Assembly: GCA_035466435.1 (NCBI GenBank)
Contig: DATIUW010000106.1
Span: 422 to 64,421 of the forward strand
Direction: 5' to 3'
Source: Polyangiales bacterium
GTDB taxonomy: Bacteria > Myxococcota_A > Polyangia > Polyangiales > Houyiibacteriaceae
Length of the DNA stretch: 64,000 nucleotides
Shown: positions 28,680-38,611 of the stretch, in pieces
Position numbering within the stretch: the first letter of the stretch is position 1
Layout: each line of letters starts with the position of its first letter
The notes under the pieces: generated by a model
What the model was told of the DNA's origin: nothing
The model's database searches: none
The model's input: the letters and a program-made list of their open reading frames with translations, nothing else
Made by a program: the position numbers and the translations under genes

Positions 28680-29183
28680 CTACGAGCTCTGGCGCCGCCT
28701 CAGGCGCCTGAAAACGACGCCCGGCGTTTGCCCTGGGCGGGTTTCGATTTCTTCGAAAGCGCTCAAGTCGCAGCGGAAATGGGTGTCGCCCTCGACCTCC
28801 TCGTCGATCGTCGTCAAGTAGATCTCGGTCGCCAGCGGAAGTGCGCGTTCGTAGAGGCTCGCGCCGCCGATGACGAATGGGCATGGGTCCGTCTCTCTTG
28901 CCAGGGCGATGGCTTCCTCGAGAGTGGACGCAGACTCGCAGCCCGGGAACCGCGCGCCGCGTTTCCTCGATACGACGATGTTGCGACGCCTGGGAAGTGG
29001 CCGTCCGATCGAATCATGGGTCTTGCGGCCCATGATGACGGCATGCCCTTCGGTCGTCTTCTTGAAGTGCTTCAGATCTTCGGAGACGTGCCAAGGCAAT
29101 GCGCCGCCCTTGCCGATGACCCCGTTGCGAGCCACCGCGATGATCAGCGCCAGCGGGGCTGGTTCGCTGACGGGGTCGCTCAC
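28680..29183 (-). CDS. folA: dihydrofolate reductase
   Basis: [57 protein letters not shown] overlap with thyA. Confidence 0.95.
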   Translation of the reverse strand: MSDPVSEPAPLALIIAVARNGVIGKGGALPWHVSEDLKHFKKTTEGHAVIMGRKTHDSIGRPLPRRRNIVVSRKRGARFPGCESASTLEEAIALARETDPCPFVIGGASLYERALPLATEIYLTTIDEEVEGDTHFRCDLSAFEEIETRPGQTPGVVFRRLRRRQSS

Positions 29184-30022
29184 ACCGCCACCGGGGCCTT
29201 GATGGCCGGATGCGGGTGATAGTCCTTGAGTTGGAAATGCTCGAACCGGAAATCGAACAGGTCGTCGACGCTGGGATCGATCAACATGGTAGGCAACGGG
29301 CGAGGCTGACGTGAAAGCTGCAACCGTGCCTGATCGACGTGATTGCGGTAGAGATGAACGTCGCCGAACGTATGAATGAACTCGCCCGGCTCGAGAGAGG
29401 TCACCGACGCGATCATCATCGTCAGTAGGGCGTAGCTGGCAATGTTGAAGGGGACGCCGAGAAAAACGTCTGCACTGCGCTGGTATAGCTGGCAGCTGAG
29501 ACGGCCTTTGCTGACGTAGAACTGTACCAACGTGTGGCAAGGGGGTAGGGCGACCTTCTCCGCCTCGGCGGGATTCCAGCCAGAGATGATCAAACGGCGG
29601 CTTTGCGGGTTGGAGCGTATCTGCTCGACCACGTGAGAAAGCTGATCGAAGCCGTCCTTGCGATACGAACCGTCTTCCCGTTGCGTCGCTCCGAAGTTGC
29701 GCCACTGGTGCCCGTAGATCGGCCCGAGGTCACCTTCTTTTCGCCCAAACCGTGCGGTTTGCTCCGCCGTTGCCCACTCGTCCCAAATCGAGACGCCGAC
29801 CTCTTGAAGATGACTCACGTGCGTCTGGCCCCGGATGAACCACAACAGCTCGTGGATGATCGATTTCAGGTGGACCTTCTTGGTCGTCAGTAGCGGAAAG
29901 CCGTCGCGAAGGTCTACGCGCATTTGGTAGCCGAACAGGCTCCGGGTGCCCGTGCCGGTACGGTCGTCCCGCTCAACGCCGTCGTTGAGCACCTTACGCA
30001 GGAGATCCAGATATGCGCGCAT
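29180..30022 (-). CDS. thyA: thymidylate synthase
   Basis: [42 protein letters not shown]. Confidence 0.98.
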   Translation of the reverse strand: MRAYLDLLRKVLNDGVERDDRTGTGTRSLFGYQMRVDLRDGFPLLTTKKVHLKSIIHELLWFIRGQTHVSHLQEVGVSIWDEWATAEQTARFGRKEGDLGPIYGHQWRNFGATQREDGSYRKDGFDQLSHVVEQIRSNPQSRRLIISGWNPAEAEKVALPPCHTLVQFYVSKGRLSCQLYQRSADVFLGVPFNIASYALLTMMIASVTSLEPGEFIHTFGDVHLYRNHVDQARLQLSRQPRPLPTMLIDPSVDDLFDFRFEHFQLKDYHPHPAIKAPVAV

Positions 30023-30029
30023 GGTCGTT

Positions 30030-31154
30030 CTACTCACTCACTTCGACGGGCTCGCGCGCATCGTCTCGGCGAATCGAGTAGCGCACCAGCGCCCGCAGGA
30101 TGTCGTTGCGTTGAAGATCTCCTATCAGGCGTTTGATGTCTTCGTAGACCGAGGGATCCCTCAAAAGAGCGCCGATGGTGCCTTTGCCCTCCCGCATCTC
30201 CTCGGTGAGGAACGCGATGTCTTCGCTGGCATTCTGCAGGTTGGTCATGAATGAATCCCCGAGCTCTCCATAGATGAGCTCGTTCACGGCGCCGTCGCCC
30301 TCCCGAACCTCGGTCAGGATGCTGTTGAGCTGGGCAAAGGTATCGCGAATGTTGCGAATGGCTTCCGTTCCTTCGGTGCCGTAGAGCAAGGCGTGCGCGG
30401 TGCCTTCGTTGGTCTGGATGTCTTCGGTAATCTCGTTGAGATTCTTTCCGAGGGCGGCGACCTGCTTGCCCGCGGCGCGCAGCTCTTTGACGGCTGCCTT
30501 CACGTCGCGGCCGAGCTCTTCGTCGTGTACCAGCCGACCGATCGTGCCATCCCCACTGGCAATGAGACCGCTGGCCTTGGCGAGGTTGCGGGCCGTCTCC
30601 TTGAGGTCGTTCGAGAACTCCTGGTCCGCAAATGGGTCGGTGGCGAGCCGTAGATTGTGTGCCGTGCCTTCGACCTGCTCGAGCGTCCGCTCGGCCATGT
30701 CCATGATACCACCGCCCACCGAGACGGGAATGGGCTCGTCGGGGTCCCATTCGGGATACTCATCCGCTCCCACCGAGATTTCGACCAACCGGTCGCCGAG
30801 CAGACCCTTGCTCCCAATCGACGCGATACTGACTTCTGGCTCGTCGACGCCGGTCGCGGCGTCAGGCACCCCGCGGATGAGGTGAGTCGCCTCGTCGATG
30901 ATGCGGAAGTAGACCTCGATCTTTCCCGACTCCGCGATGATGACGTCGGTGACCGAGCCGACGTTCACGCCAGCCACCCGGACCGTATTGCCCTTTTGCA
31001 GACCGCCCACGTTCTCGAAGATGGCGTGATAGGTCGTCTTGGGCGCGAAGATGTTCTCCTGCGCGCCAATCGCAAAAGCAACGCTCGCCCCGATCACCAA
31101 TGCGACCAAGACGAAGATGCCAACACGAAGGCGTGTACCGGCGGTCGTCCTCAT
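30030..31154 (-). CDS. mlaD: MCE/MlaD family protein with long helical C-terminus
   Basis: N-terminal TM (VGIFVLVAL), [29 protein letters not shown], repeated G-x-GT-I-G-x-L units. Confidence 0.88.
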   Translation of the reverse strand: MRTTAGTRLRVGIFVLVALVIGASVAFAIGAQENIFAPKTTYHAIFENVGGLQKGNTVRVAGVNVGSVTDVIIAESGKIEVYFRIIDEATHLIRGVPDAATGVDEPEVSIASIGSKGLLGDRLVEISVGADEYPEWDPDEPIPVSVGGGIMDMAERTLEQVEGTAHNLRLATDPFADQEFSNDLKETARNLAKASGLIASGDGTIGRLVHDEELGRDVKAAVKELRAAGKQVAALGKNLNEITEDIQTNEGTAHALLYGTEGTEAIRNIRDTFAQLNSILTEVREGDGAVNELIYGELGDSFMTNLQNASEDIAFLTEEMREGKGTIGALLRDPSVYEDIKRLIGDLQRNDILRALVRYSIRRDDAREPVEVSE

Positions 31155-31173
31155 TTGCTGCCCAACCCAGCCC

Positions 31174-31947
31174 TTACCCGGCACTCCTTAGCAGAGTTTC
31201 CGTGTCCTCGTCGACTGGAGCGTTGCCCTCGATGAAGTCCCGGACTCGCGGGTCCTCCGCGGCCCGTAGCTCATCCGGGGTGCCGGAGAAAATCACGTAT
31301 CCCTCGTGGATCATGGCGATCCGGTCGCTGATCGCGAGCGCCGTATCCATGTCGTGGGTCACGACGACCGAGGTCACGTCCAACTCGTCGTTGAGATGTT
31401 GGATCAGATCTGCGATGCGGGTGACGTTCACGGGGTCGAGCCCTGTGGTCGGCTCGTCGTACAACAACACCTCCGGCCGCATCGCCAGCGCACGCGCCAG
31501 CGAGACCCGCTTCTTCATTCCGCCCGAGAGATCGTTCGGCCACGTCTCTTCGGTGCCGGGCAGTCCCACGTACTCGAGTGATTCTCGGACCCGCTCGGAG
31601 ATTTCGCGCTCGGTCATCTCCGTTTGCTCGCGCAAACCGTACGCGACGTTCTCTTTGGTGTTGAGGGAGTCGAAGAGTGCCCCCGCCTGAAACAGCATCG
31701 CCATGCGGCGGCGCACGGGCGCGTACTCCGCTTCGGTCATTCCCGAGATCTTCTGACCGTCGAAATGGATGGTCCCTGCATCGACGTCGAGAAGCCCGAT
31801 CAACATTTTGAGCATGACGCTCTTGCCCTGCCCCGAGCCACCAATGATCGTGATGACTTCTTCTTCACGAACGTCGAGGTTCAGATCCCGATACACGACC
31901 TTGGATCCGAAGGCCTTCTGTACCCCGCGAAACTCGATGAGCGCCAT
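31174..31947 (-). CDS. mlaF: MlaF/Mkl-family ABC ATPase
   Basis: GGSGQGKS, FQAGALFDSL, LSGGMKKRV, YDEPTTGLDP, VTHD. Confidence 0.92.
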   Translation of the reverse strand: MALIEFRGVQKAFGSKVVYRDLNLDVREEEVITIIGGSGQGKSVMLKMLIGLLDVDAGTIHFDGQKISGMTEAEYAPVRRRMAMLFQAGALFDSLNTKENVAYGLREQTEMTEREISERVRESLEYVGLPGTEETWPNDLSGGMKKRVSLARALAMRPEVLLYDEPTTGLDPVNVTRIADLIQHLNDELDVTSVVVTHDMDTALAISDRIAMIHEGYVIFSGTPDELRAAEDPRVRDFIEGNAPVDEDTETLLRSAG

Positions 31948-31996
31948 CGAAGCAACTTTAGTTGGGCTCGCGGGCCCCGTCGACTACTGTAGGCCC

Positions 31997-32605
31997 ATGC
32001 GCCAGGGCATGGGCTGGCTTCTTTTGAGTCTTTGCATCGCGAGCTGCACCGGCAAGGCCGAGGCTGTTCGCGCTGCGCAGCCCCATTTGGAGCACTTCGA
32101 CGAGCTTCGTTCGAGGGCTCTGAGCCTGCTCGAGCTCCGCGCCGACATCCAGCGTAAGCGCCTGCTGGTACAGGCGCGCGAAGGCGATGAGGAGTCGCTT
32201 CCGGACAATCTGCGGCCGGTGTTCGAGCGCATGCAGGCCGAAAGAATGCAGATCACGGAGGCACAGCTGCGAGATGGCGAGGCCCTGTTTTGGCGAATGC
32301 TCGACTTTTCGTTCTCCGAGAATCCAAACGTGCTTCAGGCCGAGATCGTATTTCTCGAAAAGGATGGCTCTCGGTCCACCTTTCGCCATCCTCGCGAGCG
32401 AGAGCTTCCTGCTGGCGTCCAATGGCACGGCCTGCGTCAACACCGCACCTATGCGGGTCTCGCGACCTGTCTGACGGACGAAGGGTCGGAGCCGTGCGTG
32501 CTTTTGGAGCTCAGGCCCCGAGACTATCCGGGAAGCGCAGGGCTGACGGTCGCGTTTCGTACGCCGCCCGTCGAGTCTACGGAAGACGAAGACTCAGATC
32601 GATGA
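31997..32605 (+). CDS. hypothetical lipoprotein
   Basis: MRQGMGWLLLSLCIASC lipobox-like signal; fills the gap divergent from mlaF. Confidence 0.55.
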   Translation: MRQGMGWLLLSLCIASCTGKAEAVRAAQPHLEHFDELRSRALSLLELRADIQRKRLLVQAREGDEESLPDNLRPVFERMQAERMQITEAQLRDGEALFWRMLDFSFSENPNVLQAEIVFLEKDGSRSTFRHPRERELPAGVQWHGLRQHRTYAGLATCLTDEGSEPCVLLELRPRDYPGSAGLTVAFRTPPVESTEDEDSDR

Positions 32606-33095
32606 TTCGATAGGGGATCGTTCCGGCGTCGGCATTGGGATCGAAGCAACCGACGGCGCTGACGTCGTTGGTCGAATGCTCGAAGCAGAGGGCGGGATCC
32701 ATCTCGAAGCGCGCGGCCAGCTCGGCTCGATCGGTGTCGCGGAGTATCGACGTGGAGGACTGCTCCGGGGTTCCGAGCCGTCGCAGGGTCTCCTCGTCGA
32801 GCGTACACGCCCGATTTCGCGACTCTGCAGGCATGTCCGGATGGAACCAAGGGAGCGCGTCCTCGCCGATCGCACCGTCTTTGCAACTCTTGGCGGCGCT
32901 CGCCAGCGCGCCCACGAGGATTGTCCTCGACGCCCAGATCTTGGTGTCATCGCCCTGCGCGAGGATGAGCCGCCATCCGTAGACTTGAGCCCAATAGGTG
33001 AACAGGCAGCAGGACAGGACGAGAGCTCCGAGACAGCCGAGGCCCACCCAGAGCCCGGCGTTTCGAGACGTTGGCGCTGGTGCGTCTTCCATCAT
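32577..33095 (-). CDS. hypothetical membrane-anchored Cys-containing protein
   Basis: N-terminal TM LWVGLGCLGALVLSCC followed by a soluble domain with four Cys. Confidence 0.55.
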   Translation of the reverse strand: MMEDAPAPTSRNAGLWVGLGCLGALVLSCCLFTYWAQVYGWRLILAQGDDTKIWASRTILVGALASAAKSCKDGAIGEDALPWFHPDMPAESRNRACTLDEETLRRLGTPEQSSTSILRDTDRAELAARFEMDPALCFEHSTNDVSAVGCFDPNADAGTIPYRIIDLSLRLP

Positions 33096-33127
33096 CTGGT
33101 CCCGGGATTACCACCGTTTCGCCGAGC

Positions 33128-33156
33128 TTGACAGGCGGCTCCCCCGGGCCTAGCGT
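33128..33156 (+). promoter_or_regulatory. sigma70-type promoter of the nuoE operon
   Basis: TTGACA-17 nt-TAGCGT, ending 14 nt before the nuoE ATG; no SD sequence. Confidence 0.55.
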
Positions 33157-33170
33157 CCCCGCGCCCCGCC

Positions 33171-33806
33171 ATGGCATTTGCGCTAACGCCGGACCGCGAG
33201 AAACAGGTCGAAGAGATCCTGACCCGATATCCGGAGCGCCGGGCGGCGCTCTTGCCCGTGTTGTGGCTTTGTCAGCGACAAAACGGCTGGATAAGCCCCG
33301 AAGTCGTCGAATACGTCGCAGAACGGCTTGGATTGTCGACGGCCGCGGTCAAGGGCGTCGTCACCTTCTACACGATGTTCTTCGACGAGCCCGTCGGGGA
33401 AAACGTCATCTGGGTGTGCCGTACCCTCTCGTGCGATCTGCGTGGCGGCAAAGTCATTCAAGAGCACCTCGAGAAAAGGCTAGGCTGCTCGGCTGGGGAA
33501 ACCAGCTCGGACGGCAAGTTCACGCTGCTCAAGGCCGAGTGCCTCGCAGCCTGCGGACAGGCGCCCATGGTGCAGGTCAACGACCATTACTACGAGAACC
33601 TCGACGTAGAGTTGCTCGATCGCATCATCGAGGCACACCTCGCCAAGGGTGCCGAGGCGGCAGCCGAGGAGTTTGCCACGCACGCCACGTTTCGCGGTGC
33701 GCGCAAAAGTACGAGCTCGGCGCCTCCGCCGCCGAGCAAGGAGGCCGTGCGACTCGCGTCACGACCGCCTGCTGCTACGCCAACTCCGGAGAGCGACGAA
33801 TCATGA
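33171..33806 (+). CDS. nuoE: NADH-quinone oxidoreductase subunit E
   Basis: VVTFYTMF, CRTLSC, ECLAACGQAP; Pro/Ala-rich C-terminal tail. Confidence 0.95.
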   Translation: MAFALTPDREKQVEEILTRYPERRAALLPVLWLCQRQNGWISPEVVEYVAERLGLSTAAVKGVVTFYTMFFDEPVGENVIWVCRTLSCDLRGGKVIQEHLEKRLGCSAGETSSDGKFTLLKAECLAACGQAPMVQVNDHYYENLDVELLDRIIEAHLAKGAEAAAEEFATHATFRGARKSTSSAPPPPSKEAVRLASRPPAATPTPESDES

Positions 33807-35179
33807 CCGAGCCTTTCCAACCGCTGTTGACCTCGCGGTACGGCATCCCCGAGAGCTGGAAGCTGGCCAACGCCGAGAAGGCGGGTGCGTATCGCGTCGC
33901 CAAAGAGGCGCTCACGGCCCGTGAGCGTGCCGAGCTCAAAGAAGAGGTCAAGAAGGCGAATCTTCGGGGCCGCGGCGGTGCGGGCTTCCCCGCGGGGGTG
34001 AAGTGGGGCTTCCTCAATCCGCAGGAAGGAGACCAGGTTTACCTGGTCATCAACGCCGACGAGAGCGAGCCCGGCACCTTCAAAGATCGCAGCATCATGG
34101 ATCTGGATCCACACCGACTGGTGGAGGGGGCCATCATTTCGTGCTTCGCGATCGACGCTCACGTTGCCTACATCTACGTGCGCGGGGAGCTGGCTTTCTC
34201 CGCGGCCCGGTTGGAGGCGGCCGTGGCCGAGGCGAGACAGGCCGGCTACCTGGGCGAGCGACCGTTCGGCATCGACCATCCCATCGACATTCACGTTCAT
34301 CTCGGCGCCGGGGCTTACATTTGCGGCGAGGAGACGGCGTTGTTGAACTCCCTCGAAGGGCGTCGCGGAGAACCAAGGCTCAAGCCGCCGTTTCCCGCCG
34401 TCAAAGGCGTTTTCGGGATGCCGACGATCGTCAATAACGTGGAGAGCATCGCCTCGGTTCCCGACATCATCGCCATGGGAGGCGATGCCTGGGCTTCGCT
34501 CAGCCGGCTTCCCGGCGACGGCGGGGTCCGGATCTACGGTGTGAGCGGACACGTGAAGAACCCCGGCCTCTACGAAGCGCCGGTCGGAATCACCATGCGC
34601 GAGCTGATCGACGAGTACGCCGGCGGCATGCTCGGAGATCGACCGCTCAAGGCTGTCATCCCCGGCGGCTCCTCGACACCCGTCCTCGACCCGCGCCGCA
34701 AGGTCCACGCTCCAAACCCAGATCATCCGCTTCACCAGTGGGACGGCATGAGTGAAATCGACGTGCCCATGGGTGTCGACACCTATCGAGCGCTCGGTAC
34801 CATGCTCGGTACTTGCTGCGCCATCGTCATGGACGATACCGTGAGCATGGTGGAAGCGTGTCGAAACCTCATGCGCTTCTACAAGCACGAATCGTGCGGG
34901 CAGTGCACGCCGTGTCGTGAAGGATGTGGGTGGCTCGTCGACGTGCTCGACAATCTCTGCGCAGGGCGCGGAAAGCCCGAGGACGTCGACCTCTTGGTCA
35001 ACATCGCAAACAACATGATGGGCAACACCATTTGCGCGTTTGCCGACGGCACGGCCATGCCCATGCTCGGCATGGTGCAGAAGTTTCGAGAAGAGTTCGT
35101 GGATGCGGCGGTGAACGGTGTCCCCGACGGCGTCCGGCACGACGAGAGCGTCCGAAGCATGGTCGAGGTGCGAGCGTGA
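33803..35179 (+). CDS. nuoF: NADH-quinone oxidoreductase subunit F
   Basis: GRGGAGFPAGVKW, NADESEPGTFKDR, YICGEET, ESCGQCTPCREG. Confidence 0.97.
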   Translation: MTEPFQPLLTSRYGIPESWKLANAEKAGAYRVAKEALTARERAELKEEVKKANLRGRGGAGFPAGVKWGFLNPQEGDQVYLVINADESEPGTFKDRSIMDLDPHRLVEGAIISCFAIDAHVAYIYVRGELAFSAARLEAAVAEARQAGYLGERPFGIDHPIDIHVHLGAGAYICGEETALLNSLEGRRGEPRLKPPFPAVKGVFGMPTIVNNVESIASVPDIIAMGGDAWASLSRLPGDGGVRIYGVSGHVKNPGLYEAPVGITMRELIDEYAGGMLGDRPLKAVIPGGSSTPVLDPRRKVHAPNPDHPLHQWDGMSEIDVPMGVDTYRALGTMLGTCCAIVMDDTVSMVEACRNLMRFYKHESCGQCTPCREGCGWLVDVLDNLCAGRGKPEDVDLLVNIANNMMGNTICAFADGTAMPMLGMVQKFREEFVDAAVNGVPDGVRHDESVRSMVEVRA

Positions 35180-35679
35180 GCATTCCTGGCGCAGCCCTCT
35201 TCGTCGTAACGGCGATCTTGGCGATGGCTGGTGGTCTGATGACCATTTCCGCCCGTCGCCCGCTTCGTGCGGCCATCGGTCTATTGGTCCACATCGTCTC
35301 ACTGGCGGGCATGTTTCTCACGCTGAACGCCGAGCTGCTCGCGGCCCTTCAGCTACTGGTCTACGCGGGCGCAATCGTCGTCTTGTTCGTCTTCGTCATC
35401 ATGCTGATCGGTCCGGCCGCGGAGGTCGGTCCGGTGCAAGGACGCATCACGTCGCGGACGCTGGGCATCGCGCTGACCATCATCATCGTTCTCGCGGTAT
35501 CCACTTCGGTCGCGTACTTCGATGCGCCTTGGGTCGAGGTGCCACCGGATTTCGGCACCGTCGAAGGCCTAGGTATGGCCGTCTACAAGGAAGCCCTGGT
35601 GCCATTCGAGATCGTGTCGATCACGTTGCTGGTCGCCATCGTCGGCGCAATTGCAGTCGCTCGAAGCCGCATGGAGTGA
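35176..35679 (+). CDS. nuoJ: NADH-quinone oxidoreductase subunit J
   Basis: QLLVYAGAIVVLFVFVIML, PFEIVSITLLVAIVGAI. Confidence 0.95.
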   Translation: MSIPGAALFVVTAILAMAGGLMTISARRPLRAAIGLLVHIVSLAGMFLTLNAELLAALQLLVYAGAIVVLFVFVIMLIGPAAEVGPVQGRITSRTLGIALTIIIVLAVSTSVAYFDAPWVEVPPDFGTVEGLGMAVYKEALVPFEIVSITLLVAIVGAIAVARSRME

Positions 35680-35685
35680 AACCAG

Positions 35686-35991
35686 ATGTTGGGCATCGGC
35701 ACCTATTTGGCATTGGCCTCGGTTTTGTTCGGCATCGGCGCCGTCGGTTTCTTGAGCCGCCGCAACATGCTGGTTCAGCTCATGTCGATCGAGCTCATGC
35801 TCAACTCGGTCAACGTTCTTCTTCTGGCCTTCAATCGTGCCTATCCCGCGAACCACGACGGTCAGGTCTTTGCTTTCTTCGTCATTGCAGTCGCGGCAGC
35901 CGAGGCGGCCGTCGGCTTGGCGATCCTCATCGCCTATTACCGCATCAAGAGGACGGTCGACACCGACGATGCGACCCTGCTGAAGTATTGA
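35686..35991 (+). CDS. nuoK: NADH-quinone oxidoreductase subunit K
   Basis: MSIELMLNSVN, VAAAEAAVGLAI. Confidence 0.97.
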   Translation: MLGIGTYLALASVLFGIGAVGFLSRRNMLVQLMSIELMLNSVNVLLLAFNRAYPANHDGQVFAFFVIAVAAAEAAVGLAILIAYYRIKRTVDTDDATLLKY

Positions 35992-35995
35992 ATCC

Positions 35996-38611
35996 ATGCA
36001 AATAGAAGCCACTCAGCAGATCATGCTCCTTTTGCTCGTCCTGTTCCCGTTGGGCGGCGCGATCATCAACGGCCTGCTCGGTCGTTACCTCACCAAGGGG
36101 TTGGTCACGCTGGTCGGCGTCGGTTCGGTGGCCGTTTCGTTCGGATTGGCCGTGGCCTCGTTCATCCAGCTTTACGGCCTTCATCACGAGGCCGAGCATG
36201 CAACTCTCGTCTACCACTTCTACGAGTGGTTCTCGCTGAAGCTTCCTGGCGGGCAGGTAGTGCCGATCAACGTCCGCTTCGCGATGGATTCACTCAGCGG
36301 CGTCATGACGCTCGTGGTGACCGGCGTCGGCGGCCTCATCCATCTCTACAGCGTCGGCTACATGGGGGAGGACGAAGGCTACCCGAGGTTCATGAGCTTC
36401 TTGAACCTGTTCATGGCCTCGATGCTGATTCTGGTGCTCGGAAGCAGCATTCCACTCATGTTCGTCGGCTGGGAGGGCGTGGGCCTCTGCTCTTACCTGC
36501 TGATCGGGTTCTGGTATCAGAACCGTGAGTACGCGGCGGCCGGACGAAAGGCGTTCGTCGTCAACCGCATCGGCGATTTCGGAGTCCTGATCGGGATGTT
36601 CATCTTGGTCGTCGTTGCCGGTTCCTTCGAGTTTGCCGAAATCAACGCCGCCGCCGTGAACGGCCAGTTCGAGGCCGACTTTCCGGTCTGGATCTTGGGT
36701 GTTGCACCGAGCCTCGCCACCGTCGCGTGCGTGTTTTTGTTCCTCGGGTGTACCGGCAAGAGCGCCCAGATTCCGCTCTACGTCTGGCTTCCCGACGCCA
36801 TGGCGGGTCCCACGCCCGTTTCGGCCCTCATCCATGCCGCGACCATGGTGACTGCGGGCGTCTACCTCTGCTGTCGTCTCTCGCCGTTGTTCATCACCTC
36901 GGACGTCGCGATGTCGATCATCGCCGTCGTAGGCACGCTCACCGCGCTGCTAGCCGCCTCCATCGCAGTGGCTCAACGGGAGATGAAGAAGATCCTCGCT
37001 TACTCCACGGTGAGTCAGCTCGGCTTCATGTTCGCAGCGGTTGGCGTGGGATTCTTCGCGGCGGGCTTTTTCCACGTATTCACGCATGCGTTCTTCAAGG
37101 CATGCTTGTTCCTCGGCGCCGGCTCGGTGATGCACGCCGTACACGCGCACGGTGACGCCGACATCTTCAAGCTGGGCGGCTTGAAGAAGGATCTGCCGAT
37201 CACACGATGGACGTTCCTCGCAAGCTGTCTGGCGATCGCGGGGTTCCCGTTGACCAGCGGCTTCTTCTCCAAGGATGAGATCCTGCTCGGCGCGGCCGCC
37301 CAGGTTCATCGTCCCGACGGTGCGCTCATGCAGGCAGTGGGCTGGTTCACCCTGATAGGCCTCACGCTCGCGGCGGTCATGACGGCCTTTTACATGTTCC
37401 GTCTGTATTTCTTGACGTTCACCGGCGACTACCGCAGCGCGGATCAGTCCGGTGACCATCCGTATGACGCACACCCCCACGAATCTCCGCCGAGCATGGC
37501 CGTTCCGCTCGTGGTGCTGGGCATCGGTGCGCTCGTGGTGGGCTTTTTGGGGATGCCGCACGTGGTGCCGATAACAGGCACGCATTTGCCGAGCTGGTGG
37601 GGTCATTGGATGGAGTCGTCCGTTGCGGGCCGGCCGGTGCCCGAGGAGCTCAGCGTCGTGAACTTGGCTTCGGGTCTCGCCTTTGGGGCGATGGCCGTCG
37701 GCATCGGCGCTGCCTGGATGCTCTATCGCAACAAGAACGAGGACGCGCTCGCCAAGGCAGCCCCCGCCCGCCTCTATCAGCTCGCCTTCGACAAGTGGCG
37801 CGTGGACGAGCTCTATGCGGCCATCATCGTCAACCCCATCAAGAAGGTGGCCACCGCGGTCGGCCACTCCGACATGACCTTCGTCGATGCGCTGATGACG
37901 CGCCTGCCGAGCTTCAACGCCCGCGAGGCCGGTCGTCTTCTCGCTCGCCTGCAGAACGGCGTCGTCCAGATGTACGGCGCGGTCATGGTGGTCGGATTCG
38001 TCGGGGTGCTGGCATGGTTTTGGATGCCCCATGCGACCATCGAGGCGAATTTCGAGGGCACGGAGGTCGCCCTCGAAGCGCCGACGGGGCTCGGTTACGA
38101 GTATCGCTGGGATGCAAACTCCGATGGAGAGTTCGAGACGGCATGGACCAGCGCTGCATCCACCTCGTTCGCATACGGGCAAAACGACGTGCGAGGCGTG
38201 GCGGTGTTCCTGCGGAGCATCGAGACCGGGATCGAGCGCCAGATTCATGTCACCGAAAAGTGGACGCCTCTTCCCATCGAGTCCGTGATTCCCGTGGAAC
38301 GCATGACGCCCAGCGAGCGCGGATTCGAGGTTCGCGTCGAAGGCACCGACTTGCTGTTCCGCAAGCCCTTCGCGCTCACGAAGGCCACGGGCAGCCAGGA
38401 GATGCGCTTGCCGATGGGACGGGTGGGGCGGCTCGGCCAGGCGCGTGTGTTTGCTCGGCCGCTCGTCGAAGCGACGGTGGAGGTCCGAAATGCGTTTGGA
38501 AACATCCGTCGCGCCTCCCGGGAGCTCGCATTGCCGTTTGCTTTCGAAGAGCAGGAGGCAACACCTCAGGCAATGCTGATGTCGCCATCGTCTCGTGAGG
38601 TGCTCCGATGA
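35996..38611 (+). CDS. nuoL: NADH-quinone oxidoreductase subunit L with a C-terminal soluble extension
   Basis: WEGVGLCSYLLIGFW, GKSAQIPLYVWLPDAMAGPTPVSALIHAATMVTAG, HAFFKA; 871 aa. Confidence 0.96.
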   Translation: MQIEATQQIMLLLLVLFPLGGAIINGLLGRYLTKGLVTLVGVGSVAVSFGLAVASFIQLYGLHHEAEHATLVYHFYEWFSLKLPGGQVVPINVRFAMDSLSGVMTLVVTGVGGLIHLYSVGYMGEDEGYPRFMSFLNLFMASMLILVLGSSIPLMFVGWEGVGLCSYLLIGFWYQNREYAAAGRKAFVVNRIGDFGVLIGMFILVVVAGSFEFAEINAAAVNGQFEADFPVWILGVAPSLATVACVFLFLGCTGKSAQIPLYVWLPDAMAGPTPVSALIHAATMVTAGVYLCCRLSPLFITSDVAMSIIAVVGTLTALLAASIAVAQREMKKILAYSTVSQLGFMFAAVGVGFFAAGFFHVFTHAFFKACLFLGAGSVMHAVHAHGDADIFKLGGLKKDLPITRWTFLASCLAIAGFPLTSGFFSKDEILLGAAAQVHRPDGALMQAVGWFTLIGLTLAAVMTAFYMFRLYFLTFTGDYRSADQSGDHPYDAHPHESPPSMAVPLVVLGIGALVVGFLGMPHVVPITGTHLPSWWGHWMESSVAGRPVPEELSVVNLASGLAFGAMAVGIGAAWMLYRNKNEDALAKAAPARLYQLAFDKWRVDELYAAIIVNPIKKVATAVGHSDMTFVDALMTRLPSFNAREAGRLLARLQNGVVQMYGAVMVVGFVGVLAWFWMPHATIEANFEGTEVALEAPTGLGYEYRWDANSDGEFETAWTSAASTSFAYGQNDVRGVAVFLRSIETGIERQIHVTEKWTPLPIESVIPVERMTPSERGFEVRVEGTDLLFRKPFALTKATGSQEMRLPMGRVGRLGQARVFARPLVEATVEVRNAFGNIRRASRELALPFAFEEQEATPQAMLMSPSSREVLR

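Noticed and set aside
29184..29705. N-terminal extension or thyA-folA fusion suggested by the 341-aa ORF
   Set aside because: The extension is an alternative frame inside thyA. folA starts at the GTGA overlap at 29183.
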